From Desulfomonilia bacterium (GTDB lineage Bacteria; Desulfobacterota; Desulfomonilia; UBA1062): 64,000 bases of DNA. A model generated the notes under the pieces. That model had not been told where the DNA came from. It did no database searches and was given only the letters and a program-made list of their open reading frames with translations. Positions 28,731-37,845 of this stretch are shown here, in pieces; the first letter of the stretch is position 1, and each line of letters opens with the position of its first letter. The stretch covers positions 27,973-91,972 of the forward strand of contig JBEKDT010000019.1 in NCBI GenBank assembly GCA_050014195.1. Direction: 5' to 3'. The position numbers and the translations under genes were made by a program.

Positions 28731-30305
28731 GGTGTCCACGTCCTTGTTGTGGGTCCAGTAGTAGGTGAATGTACTCTCAGAGAGCTTGTACCGGAGATAT
28801 CCCGCATCAAAGAAGCCCTTTATTATCCTGTGGGCGAAGGCTTCATCAGTGCCGGTCTTATGGGCAACCGAGACTGACAGGAGCATAATGGGATCGGAAC
28901 CGTTTCGTGATTCGCAAGTACTTTCCTCGATAATATCTTCCGATAGAATCCTGTAGACGAGGTTCATCTTACGATGGCCTTCCACCAAAAGGTACTCATG
29001 GTCGGAGCAGGTACCTGCCCGATGACGATCCAAGGTCTCCTTCCAGACGTTCTCATTGTACCGGTCATATTCTGCTACAAAGGCGCTCATTTCTTCCGGG
29101 TTGAGCTTTGATGTCTTCACGATCGGAGAGTTGGCGTCGTACAGGCTCCAGTCATCGGTGAGGATCTCGATGTCGTAGTTTTCAAGCTCTTCACGTACCG
29201 TAGTGCCGGGGAAGGGGGCGAAGAAGTGGTAGCCATAAGATATGTCCAGTTCATTGGCAAAGAGCTGTGTCTCGGCAAGCGTCTCTTTTGTCTCACCCGG
29301 CAGGCCAACCATGAAGGATGCATGCGGGAGGATGTCCGCCTCCTTGCAACATCGCACGGCATTTCGGGCCTGCTCAAGGGTTATGCCCTTGCGGATCCGT
29401 TTGAGCATCTCGGGGTTTCCTGATTCTATACCGAAGCTTACACAGTCGCAGCCGGTTTCCCGCATGATCTTCAGTGTCTCAAGGTCTACGGTGTTCACCC
29501 TGGCAAAGGCGGTCCAGCCGAAGTTGACGCCCCTGCGTTTTATCTCGTTGCAGAGCTCCCTGACCCGGGCCTTGTTGGCGGTGAACAGGTCGTCTGCAAC
29601 ATTGATCCTTGTGAAACCAAGATCAAGGATGTGTTCGATCTCGTCCACTACGAGCGAAGGGTTTCTGAAGCGGCCCTTGAACCCCACCATACGCCTGCCC
29701 AGACAGAAGATGCACCTGTTGGGGCACCCCCTGCTCGTAATGATGCTTACCGGATAGCCCAGGGCCTGGTAGCGGGATATGGGCAGCAGGTGCCTGGCGG
29801 GAAGCGGCAGGCTGTCAAGGTCACAGATGAGCTCCCGGGATTCGGTGATTACGACCCCATCATTGTCCTTATAGGCAATGCCCTTGATGCCCTGCCATGC
29901 CTTCTTATCATCCAGTACGGGGATGAGCTCTTGAAGCGTCTGCTCGCCTTCGCCTACTACGATGAGATCCAGCTCAGGACAGGTTTTAAAGGTGCCGTGA
30001 ATATCAAAAGATACGTGCGGCCCGCCCATCATGGTGATGACCGACGGCCTGAAGCGCTTTGCGTCCTTGATGATACGCTCGGCTTGGTTATGGATCATGG
30101 TCACCGAACTCGCACCCACCACGTCGGGCTTGAAGGCGGAGAGCATGGCTTCAAGCTTTTCAGGGGTATACCTGCTCACGATATAATCGAAGATGCGCAC
30201 CGTTGCCCCTGCGGCCTCGCATGCGGCTGCTGCGTAGGCAAGGCCCAACGGCGGGGAGGGGGCCTCTTCAAGGGGATACGGTGTGGCGATAAGTGCGACT
30301 CTCAT
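28713..30305 (-). CDS. cobalamin-binding radical SAM protein
   Basis: PPLGLAY, GGPH, SRGCPNRCIFC, GIESG, GLPGET. Confidence 0.93.
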   Translation of the reverse strand: MRVALIATPYPLEEAPSPPLGLAYAAAACEAAGATVRIFDYIVSRYTPEKLEAMLSAFKPDVVGASSVTMIHNQAERIIKDAKRFRPSVITMMGGPHVSFDIHGTFKTCPELDLIVVGEGEQTLQELIPVLDDKKAWQGIKGIAYKDNDGVVITESRELICDLDSLPLPARHLLPISRYQALGYPVSIITSRGCPNRCIFCLGRRMVGFKGRFRNPSLVVDEIEHILDLGFTRINVADDLFTANKARVRELCNEIKRRGVNFGWTAFARVNTVDLETLKIMRETGCDCVSFGIESGNPEMLKRIRKGITLEQARNAVRCCKEADILPHASFMVGLPGETKETLAETQLFANELDISYGYHFFAPFPGTTVREELENYDIEILTDDWSLYDANSPIVKTSKLNPEEMSAFVAEYDRYNENVWKETLDRHRAGTCSDHEYLLVEGHRKMNLVYRILSEDIIEESTCESRNGSDPIMLLSVSVAHKTGTDEAFAHRIIKGFFDAGYLRYKLSESTFTYYWTHNKDVDTLPITF

Positions 30306-30318
30306 ATTTGTCCTTTAA

Positions 30319-31038
30319 TCACCTTTCTTGAGGAAGAATAATCGATTTCAGCCAATATAAAATGGTGTTGTCTTTGAGCATGTCCCTGTCGATCCCGATG
30401 ATGTCTCTTTCAAGCTTATCCGGGTCGGAAAACCATTCGGCCCTGGTCTTCATGGGTTCATCCGGATCGAGCTTTTTTATGACCTTTGCGGGGTTGCCAG
30501 CGGCTATTGTATAGGCCGGGATGTCCCGCGTTACCACCGAGCCTGCGCCGATGATGCTGTTGTCCCCGATAGTAACCCCTTTGCAGACAATGGAACTGTC
30601 GCCCAGCCAGACATTGTTGCCGATGGTGACCGGGCTGGTGGCGCCGATGTAGTCGAGCCTGTCGTAGATGCCGTGCCAGTCGGAATCGGTGATGTAGACG
30701 CTGCTTGCCATCATGCAGCTATCGCCGATGGTGATCCCGGTGGCGGCGCTCATGCGGACGCCCGGGCAGATGAGGCTGTACTTGCCGATGCTGATGAATC
30801 CGTCACCCTCTTTCTTGCCCCAAACGGTAAGCCTTACCCGGTGATCGGGTGTGGTGATGACGTTGGCAAAGTCACCCAGGTCGATGGGCCAGCCGAAGAC
30901 CTGAACATGCCATGGCTTCATGAACGTGCAGCCCGTACCCATATGGCGGAACTGGGGACGGAGGAAGTGCCCTGCGTACCACTCGCGGAATTTCAGGTCG
31001 AGTCGCTTGAGGTAGTATGGACGGTAATCCCTGCGCAA
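30319..31038 (-). CDS. hexapeptide-repeat (left-handed beta-helix) acyltransferase
   Basis: PVTIGNNVWLG...GVTIGDNSIIGAGSVVTRD...AGNPA. Confidence 0.9.
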   Translation of the reverse strand: MRRDYRPYYLKRLDLKFREWYAGHFLRPQFRHMGTGCTFMKPWHVQVFGWPIDLGDFANVITTPDHRVRLTVWGKKEGDGFISIGKYSLICPGVRMSAATGITIGDSCMMASSVYITDSDWHGIYDRLDYIGATSPVTIGNNVWLGDSSIVCKGVTIGDNSIIGAGSVVTRDIPAYTIAAGNPAKVIKKLDPDEPMKTRAEWFSDPDKLERDIIGIDRDMLKDNTILYWLKSIILPQER

Positions 31039-31042
31039 GGTG

Positions 31043-32185
31043 CTATGCCCTCATGTCAAAAGCGTCAGAATAAAACGCCTTCTTGATGCTGAAGATGGGG
31101 TGATACTTCTTGAGGAATCGATACATGTGGGATTTTGCGTCTTCACCGGAGGCCCAGAATGAGTGGTTGAAGAGCTGGGAAGCCGGCGTGATGTGGTAGA
31201 TAGCATCCGTCGCCATCATCACGGCAGCATTTGTCCAGGTGAGCTTCTCTTCGGGCCAGATGACCATGTCGGGGAAGGTGAATCCGCACCAGAATGTGTT
31301 GTCGTCGTGCTTCTTGTTTTTTATCCAGCTTAAAACCGCCCCGGCCTTCTCGATGTCGCCCATGGCGGCAAGTGTCAGGATAAGTTCAGAGGTCTCGGCA
31401 ATGGTAACCCAGGGATTGTCGGAAACGCACCTTGTGCCGAGCCCTTCCACCATGAACTTGTTCCAGGACTTCTCGATGCGTTTTTTTGCTTCACTTTCCG
31501 TAACAGCGCCGCAGAGCACGGGGTAGAACCAGTCCATGGAAAAACGCGACTTGGTGCGGTCGAAAAGGTGGGGGCGGTAGCGTAGCGCATCCCCCAGTCT
31601 CTTCAGGGCCCACTGCCACCTCGGCTTGCTTTCTCCAAGCAGCAGGGCCAGGACCAGTGCGCACTTGAGGCTCATGAAGATGGAGCTGCACGCGGTGAGC
31701 AGGGCCACCGGGTCTTTGGTGCCATGGGGGCTTCTGGCCCAGTAAACCTCGCCGCCCGGGGCCTGGAGGTCAACTGCAAAATCGATCCCGGCACAGATCG
31801 TGGGCCATATGTACTCAAGAAACGGCCTGTCATGCGTGATGAGGTAGTAGTGGAATACGCCGACAGCGATGTAGGATGACATGTTGGATTCTCTTGTGAG
31901 GTCTAAAGGGTTTCCGTCCCTGTAGGCGGAGTACCAGGCCCCGTCTTCGAGCTGGGTGGATGCAAGCCATTCGAAGGCCTTGCGGGCCTCTTCATAATAA
32001 CCGCCGATGGTAAGCCCGATGGCCGCCTCCACATGATCCCACGGATCGGTCTTCCCGCCGGCGTGCCAGGGTATCTCGCCTGTCGGCCTCTGCTCTGCGG
32101 CGATTGCATCGGCCAGGGCCTCGATATCGAAGGGAAGGGCCAGCATTGAGTGGGAAGGGGAAGCATCACGTTCCATAGGAATCAC
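31043..32185 (-). CDS. prenyltransferase/squalene-cyclase-like alpha/alpha-barrel protein
   Basis: QW-like repeats (WLASTQLEDGAW, LQAPGGEVYW), DPWDHVE, FSMDWFYP; start may be 32176. Confidence 0.75.
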   Translation of the reverse strand: MIPMERDASPSHSMLALPFDIEALADAIAAEQRPTGEIPWHAGGKTDPWDHVEAAIGLTIGGYYEEARKAFEWLASTQLEDGAWYSAYRDGNPLDLTRESNMSSYIAVGVFHYYLITHDRPFLEYIWPTICAGIDFAVDLQAPGGEVYWARSPHGTKDPVALLTACSSIFMSLKCALVLALLLGESKPRWQWALKRLGDALRYRPHLFDRTKSRFSMDWFYPVLCGAVTESEAKKRIEKSWNKFMVEGLGTRCVSDNPWVTIAETSELILTLAAMGDIEKAGAVLSWIKNKKHDDNTFWCGFTFPDMVIWPEEKLTWTNAAVMMATDAIYHITPASQLFNHSFWASGEDAKSHMYRFLKKYHPIFSIKKAFYSDAFDMRA

Positions 32186-32891
32186 CTTTCTTCAGATAAA
32201 GTACAATGCTCTTGGCAATAAGGGGGTTCAGCACCCTGTCCAATGCCCGTGTCAGGAGGGGTTTCTTCATGATATCCCATACCAGGAACTTATGGTAGAG
32301 CTTCACGGGCAACGCATCGTCATTCTTATGACCGACCATGCACTTGATCCACCAGTATGGGCTGTGCAGGGCATGGGCCCAGCCCATGTCGATGCATGTA
32401 GTCCCTGCACCCTCGAGCAACTCTATGAGCTCTTTCTTACGGTAGATCCTTATATGCCCGCCCTTTTCGTTGTGGTAGTCTTGGGAAAGCGCCCAGCAGA
32501 TACGCTCGGGCAGGTACCTCGGCACGCTCACCACTAACGATTTCCCGGGCTTGAGCACACGGATGATCTCTTGAATTGCCTTCCCATGGTCAGGGATGTG
32601 TTCGAGCACCTCCGAGCAGATCACGATGTCAAACGACTCGTCTGCAAACGGCAGTTTCGTGACGTCGCTCACCATGACAAGCGCAGAGCCCCCGCCATCT
32701 TCACCCTCATGCCGCATGATCTTGGTGGTATTGTGGGCCTTGAGCGCATCGTCCTTGTTCAGGTCGATTCCTACCACACTGACACCCTTGGCGCGGAAGG
32801 CCTCGCTCAGGTGGCGTCCGCCTCCGCATCCTGCATCGAGCACCTTTGAGCCGGGCTCAAGGTCGAGTTTTGAAAAGTCAACGGTGAGCAA
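32166..32891 (-). CDS. class I SAM-dependent methyltransferase
   Basis: VLDAGCGGGRH, LPFADESFD, SEVLEH, RVLKPG. Confidence 0.92.
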   Translation of the reverse strand: MLTVDFSKLDLEPGSKVLDAGCGGGRHLSEAFRAKGVSVVGIDLNKDDALKAHNTTKIMRHEGEDGGGSALVMVSDVTKLPFADESFDIVICSEVLEHIPDHGKAIQEIIRVLKPGKSLVVSVPRYLPERICWALSQDYHNEKGGHIRIYRKKELIELLEGAGTTCIDMGWAHALHSPYWWIKCMVGHKNDDALPVKLYHKFLVWDIMKKPLLTRALDRVLNPLIAKSIVLYLKKGDSYGT

Positions 32892-34215
32892 CGATAGCCT
32901 CCCGGTAGACCTCCACCACCTGCTTGGCGGTATTGTGCCAGGTGAAGTTCTTTCTCACCCTATCGTATCCGGCCTCGGCAAGCCGGGAGCGTTTGGCAGG
33001 ATTGTCCAGAAGGTCAATGATTGCATCTTCCAAGGCCTTGGCGTCACCCGGTTTAACAAGTATTCCTGCATCGCCTACCACCTCAGGCAGGGCGCCGCCC
33101 GAGGTGCTTATGACAGGCACCTTGCAGGCCATAGCCTCGCCCGCCGGCAGGCCGAAGCCCTCATAGATGGAGGGGATTACGGCTATTGTGGTCCTGGCGT
33201 AATAGTGTGCGAACTCGGAGTCGTCGATGCGTCCCGTGAAGGTGATGTAATCGTGTGCATGGAGTCTTTTCACCAATTTGTCGATGACCCCGTCCTTTTT
33301 CGGTGCGCCGATGACCGTGAGGTGAATATCGCGTTTCTTACGGATGGAGGCAACGGCCTCGATGAGGAAGCGTAAACCTTTCAGGGGTGTGTCGGCGCTG
33401 TTGGTGACCATGATGCGGTCATCAAGTCTCTTTACCCCGGGTAAGGGGTGGAATATGTCCGTATTGATCCCGTTTGCCACTACGCGGAACCGGTCCTTGG
33501 GTATGGAGAAGGCGGTACTGATGTCGGACTTCGATGCCTCGGATACCGTAATGATATGGGAGAGCCTTCGGGAAACACGGCCCTGCATGCCGAGGAATGA
33601 GTACCACCTGCGCACCTTGAGCTTGCGCCAGAGGGCCTTTTCGGATGCTATCTCTACGTCGCGGTCCACGGTGATAGGGTGATGGATCGTGGCGACAGTC
33701 GGTATACCCAAGGCCTTGATGCCGAGGATGCCGTATGCCAGGCACTGGTTGTCGTGTACCACGTCATAGCGCTTCACGTTATCCCGCATGAAGTTGAAAT
33801 AGCGGATACTGTTCGTGAACGGCTCAGGGAAACCGCCGCTGGAGACTCCGAGCCATTCGAGTATATTAATGGGTGATCTGAGCTCCTTCAGACTCGGGAC
33901 GCGGAAGAGATCATCCGGATTGTAGAGGTCGAGGCTCGGCAGCCTATGGAGAGGGATGTCCTCATCAATGGTCGGATAGGGCGGACCCGAGACCACCTCC
34001 ACATTGTGGCCGAGGTCTTTGAGCGCCCGGCTCAGCCTCTTGATATAAACCCCCTGGCCGCCGCTGGTGGGTTTCCCGCGATAGGTGAAGAGACAGATGT
34101 TCAGGGGAACATCCTTTATTCTTCGCCGTGCCCCGGGGGAGAAATTTGCTTGGGTTGCTTCAATCGATAACATGGCACCAATACATCCTTTGCAGAAAAG
34201 TATACCCGGATGCAC
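32878..34215 (-). CDS. GT4 family glycosyltransferase
   Basis: GGQG, PLKG, PSIYEGFGLPAGEAMAC; true start probably downstream of 34215. Confidence 0.92.
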   Translation of the reverse strand: MHPGILFCKGCIGAMLSIEATQANFSPGARRRIKDVPLNICLFTYRGKPTSGGQGVYIKRLSRALKDLGHNVEVVSGPPYPTIDEDIPLHRLPSLDLYNPDDLFRVPSLKELRSPINILEWLGVSSGGFPEPFTNSIRYFNFMRDNVKRYDVVHDNQCLAYGILGIKALGIPTVATIHHPITVDRDVEIASEKALWRKLKVRRWYSFLGMQGRVSRRLSHIITVSEASKSDISTAFSIPKDRFRVVANGINTDIFHPLPGVKRLDDRIMVTNSADTPLKGLRFLIEAVASIRKKRDIHLTVIGAPKKDGVIDKLVKRLHAHDYITFTGRIDDSEFAHYYARTTIAVIPSIYEGFGLPAGEAMACKVPVISTSGGALPEVVGDAGILVKPGDAKALEDAIIDLLDNPAKRSRLAEAGYDRVRKNFTWHNTAKQVVEVYREAIVAHR

Positions 34216-34395
34216 CTATGCATGCAATTCACGGGCGACACAGTATCTTAGCAACTCTGACCTATCAAAGCAAGGAAAATCCTAAAGAATTCTGACGATA
34301 GAAACAAGCCCTTGCCGCAATTGTGGTATAATAGGTCTTCAGGAATTGGATGCAGTGAAGTTAAGATCCCATGAAACTCTTGTGGAGGGTGTATC

Positions 34396-35151
34396 ATGAA
34401 AATGATTTCGGTATCATATCAGGATGCAGTAGCCATCGTGAAGTTGAGTTCAGGCATCACGAATGCCCTGGATCTGGGACTTGTCAATGAGCTGGATGAA
34501 AACCTGGACAGGGTGGAGCAGGACCCTAACGTGTGCGGGCTTGTCCTTGGGAGCAGCAGTGATAAATTCTTTTCCATCGGATTCGACATTCAACACATGT
34601 TCGACTTCTCAAGGAAAGACTTTGAGACATTTTTCAGGGCGTTCAACCGTGTATGCCTCAGGCTGTATACTCTGCCGAAGCCGACGGCGGCAGCGATTAC
34701 AGGGCACGCCGTGGCGGGTGGGTGCATCGTGGTGCTGTGTTGCGATTACCGGTTCATAGGTGATGACAAAAAGTTCATTGGTCTCAATGAGATCAAATTG
34801 GGGGTCCCTGTCCCATACCTTGCCGATTGTATAGTCAGGGATATTGCGGGAACCCGTGTTGCACAGGAGATTATGGAGACCGGAAGGTTCTATGAGCCCC
34901 CCGAGTCCCTGCAGATGGGTCTGGTTGATGAGGTGGTTCCGGCAGGTGAGGTACTTGACCGTGCAGTGGAGAAAGTAAAATCAATAGGCAGCTGGCCTCA
35001 AAAGGCATTTGCCGGGATAAAGCAGAATCGGACGGAAGAGATTGCGGCACGGGTACGCACTTTCCAGGAAGAAAAGCATAAGGCGTTCATCGATTGCTGG
35101 TATTCCGACGAGGCACGCACGCTGATAAACGATGCAATGAAGAAGTTCTAG
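34396..35151 (+). CDS. enoyl-CoA hydratase/isomerase family protein
   Basis: NAL, FFSIGFD, AITGHAVAGG, GLNEIKLG. Confidence 0.92.
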   Translation: MKMISVSYQDAVAIVKLSSGITNALDLGLVNELDENLDRVEQDPNVCGLVLGSSSDKFFSIGFDIQHMFDFSRKDFETFFRAFNRVCLRLYTLPKPTAAAITGHAVAGGCIVVLCCDYRFIGDDKKFIGLNEIKLGVPVPYLADCIVRDIAGTRVAQEIMETGRFYEPPESLQMGLVDEVVPAGEVLDRAVEKVKSIGSWPQKAFAGIKQNRTEEIAARVRTFQEEKHKAFIDCWYSDEARTLINDAMKKF

Positions 35152-35351
35152 GCTCAGTAGTGGGGTGGAGAACAACGAACCCCGGTGGTTCTCCTATGGT
35201 CAGGCTGGATAAGGAGGCGCCTTAAACAAAAAAGATGTCCCATTTTTCTTCATCTGGTGGTAATATAATGAAGATGCTTATGCTTAGGAGTTCTGACTTC
35301 CAAGTGGGCATTATTGTGCAATGTACCTATAGCCGCTCAAGGGAGGTTTAT

Positions 35352-36281
35352 ATGACCTTACGTTCATTCAATATTGCTCCATGGCTCCTGATACTAACAA
35401 TTATTGTTTTTCTATCAGGTTGTGCACACGAGCCCCCGGAAGAGCCGCCCACGGGTTCCTACCTGGAGGATATATATTCTAAGGCGAACACCAACCCGGA
35501 TGTGGACAAGTTCTGCAATGCCATGTCTCCCTATCTCCAATATATAGAACCACGCATCCCGTTACTGCCTGATGATCTCACCTTCGTATTCAGAGTATCG
35601 GGTGCATACTACGGGTATGCCTTCTCCTGTATGGAAGACACCGATAAGAAGGAGGCAAGCCTCCTTTACCTCAAGGGAAGGGATCTTTCCCTTGATGAGC
35701 TGAAGCGTTACAGGATATTTACCCAAGCCTTAAATGATACTGTCCAGAATTTCAGAGAAGCCTTGCCCAAAGGTCTTGACAAGAGAGATCTTCAAGCCAT
35801 CTACTGGACCGCAGTTAACTGGGCCGGCTGGATCAACCTCAACCTTGAAAAGCCGGAGGCCATCGCAGACATACCCAAAGTGGAGGCCATGCTGGAGTTT
35901 CTCAATACGCTGGATGAGTCATATAACAACGGCACCGTACATGCAGTGCTGGGGACCTTGTATGCAAACCGGCCCAAGGCGGAAGGTGGCGACCCTGAGA
36001 AGGCCAAGGAACAGTTCGACAAGGCCTTTACTTACTCAGGCAACAGCCTTTTTACCATCCATGTCATGTATGCCAAATTTTACGCGTGCCGGATACAGGA
36101 CAGGGAGCTGTTTAAGAAGACCCTGGAGCAGGTCATTGGAACACCGGCAAATACCTATGCGGATAAGACCTTTGTAAACGAAGTGGCCAGAAGGAAGGCA
36201 AAGGTGCTCCTTGAGCATATTGATACATATTTCAAGGCAGCTGAAACAAAAAAGAATCCAGAGGCAGGGACAACTCCTTAG
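35352..36281 (+). CDS. TRAP transporter TatT-component lipoprotein
   Basis: LSGC lipobox; clear paralogy to 62052-62924 (YGYA, LYLK.RD, AKEQFDKAF, YAKFYA..IQDR.LF); GGAGG RBS. Confidence 0.85.
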   Translation: MTLRSFNIAPWLLILTIIVFLSGCAHEPPEEPPTGSYLEDIYSKANTNPDVDKFCNAMSPYLQYIEPRIPLLPDDLTFVFRVSGAYYGYAFSCMEDTDKKEASLLYLKGRDLSLDELKRYRIFTQALNDTVQNFREALPKGLDKRDLQAIYWTAVNWAGWINLNLEKPEAIADIPKVEAMLEFLNTLDESYNNGTVHAVLGTLYANRPKAEGGDPEKAKEQFDKAFTYSGNSLFTIHVMYAKFYACRIQDRELFKKTLEQVIGTPANTYADKTFVNEVARRKAKVLLEHIDTYFKAAETKKNPEAGTTP

Positions 36282-37008
36282 CAGTACGAGGAAAAAATCT
36301 GTCCCACTTTTTTACAGGGTATTTCTTGTTTGCTGTCTGCTCATGCTGGCTGATCAAGCGCAGGCCTGGCACGACAAAACCCATATAAGCATTGCGAAAG
36401 CGGCGGGCTATGAATACTGGTTCAATGGAGCGGGCGCCGACATAGCCAAGATAAAGGCCGGGAATGTGGAGTCTTATAACCACTGGTATGATAATACTAA
36501 AAAAGTTGAGGTCACACCGCAGATGGTGCTCGACCAGACGAACCGGTATAATAGGACGGATGAGGCAGCGGATGCACAAGGCCATCTCTATGGTGCAATA
36601 ATTGCCGCACTTCGGGAATATGGAAAGAACTCCGCTTCAGGTAAATACGGCGAGTACCATATGGCCTATGCCGCTCACTATATAGGCGACCTGTCCAACC
36701 CGCTTCACAATATTCCCAATGATGAATTCAACATAAAACATCACCAGGCCAATGACGGTGTGGTGGAAAAGACCATACTCGACCATCCTGAAAAGATAAA
36801 CAGGCACATGTATACCATCACCTTAAGGGATAATCGGTTCGAAGCCGACCTTGCACGAGAGATCGCAAGGATAGCAAACATAAGCCGCAAACTTGGGTAT
36901 AAGCTGCGGGCGGATAATAGAGACATGACCCCGGATGAGGCCTATATCCAGCTGGGGCACAGCGCCTCACTTTTAAGGGCGGTACTGAAGCATTTCAAGA
37001 AGGTTTGA
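36211..37008 (+). CDS. S1/P1 nuclease / Zn-dependent phospholipase C-like secreted protein
   Basis: AQA-WHDKTH mature N-terminus, GAGAD, HW, AHYIGDLSNPLH; start uncertain. Confidence 0.75.
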   Translation: MSILIHISRQLKQKRIQRQGQLLSSTRKKSVPLFYRVFLVCCLLMLADQAQAWHDKTHISIAKAAGYEYWFNGAGADIAKIKAGNVESYNHWYDNTKKVEVTPQMVLDQTNRYNRTDEAADAQGHLYGAIIAALREYGKNSASGKYGEYHMAYAAHYIGDLSNPLHNIPNDEFNIKHHQANDGVVEKTILDHPEKINRHMYTITLRDNRFEADLAREIARIANISRKLGYKLRADNRDMTPDEAYIQLGHSASLLRAVLKHFKKV

Positions 37009-37053
37009 TCCTGATTTAAGATTCTTAGGCGGTATGGGCAAGACCTCATGCAG

Positions 37054-37084
37054 AAAAAGGGCGGGCCATGAAAGCCCGCCCTTT
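37054..37084. terminator. bidirectional intrinsic terminator
   Basis: AAAAA-GGGCGGGC-catgaaa-GCCCGCCC-TTT. Confidence 0.88.
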
Positions 37085-37086
37085 GT

Positions 37087-37262
37087 GAATGCGCAAAGTA
37101 TTGGTCGGGGGGCCGGGTTGTAAGGGTCATTAAGTCAAAGAAGGCTTATTGAATCCAGCCCTTCAAGACCCCACCACGTCTTGCCTTGCCGTGCCTGCCA
37201 TGCCACGACTTGCTTTGCCCAGCCTTAACGCTTCCTGACCTCAGGACGATCTTTGCGCATCC
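37087..37262 (-). ncRNA. putative structured small RNA of unknown family
   Basis: TTGACA-N16-TATTAT promoter (37271-37298), 5'/3' pairing ATGCGCAAAG/CTTTGCGCAT, own terminator, no credible ORF. Confidence 0.6.
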
Positions 37263-37314
37263 GTACCATAATAATAATCCCCAGGAACGCCTTGTCAAGA
37301 GCAGGGCAGAACAG

Positions 37315-37500
37315 TGTCAAAGCTCGTTAGAAATGTCCCCATATGTCCTTCGAAGTACAGACCAAGCCCTATCCGTAGGATAGGGCCGCCGCCGGGTCAT
37401 CGGCCTGTTTCGGCGTGAATATTTTCTGGAAGGACTTTCTCCAGGGATGATCCGGTGCGGGATGCCATTTGTCCTGGTTGACCTGTGAATCTTTCTGCTC
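37315..37500 (-). mobile_element. IS remnant (ISNCY/IS1202-like right end and transposase C-terminus)
   Basis: WHPAPDHPWRK peptide; end reads GGACATTTCTAACGAGCTTTGACA on the minus strand. Confidence 0.6.
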
Positions 37501-37772
37501 CGGCTTCTCGGGACATGCTATGCAAGCGAGGACAAGAAGGAAGGCGTGACCGCTTTTACACTCAAGCGCGAACCTAAGTTCAAGGATAAGTAGCACAAGG
37601 AAGAGAACTTCCTCGCGTGTATCAAGGCCGGACCCCGGCAAAAAGAAGTTTTGTCAGGGTCCGTTCCGCTTGCATGCCAATCCCAAACTCCCTGTCGGTT
37701 CCCTCTTGTTCAGACCCAGATAGTACACATGTTCATACCTGCCTATAACCAGGGTAACCAGGATCTGATTTT

Positions 37773-37845
37773 CTACGAGCGCCTTCAGGCGCGACAAAGG
37801 TGCACCCAGCTTTGATTCGTAGTCGCGGCTTCAGTCCGCTCCTAC
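37773..37845. repeat. GTAG-type REP pair (REPIN)
   Basis: reverse complement matches GTAGGAGCGG...GCCGCGAC / GTCGCGCCTGAAGGCGCTC at 58409-58466. Confidence 0.8.

Noticed and set aside
37087-37262. Firm 6S RNA or tRNA call
   Set aside because: Branched rather than rod-like fold, short closing stem, no CCA acceptor end; left as unknown ncRNA.
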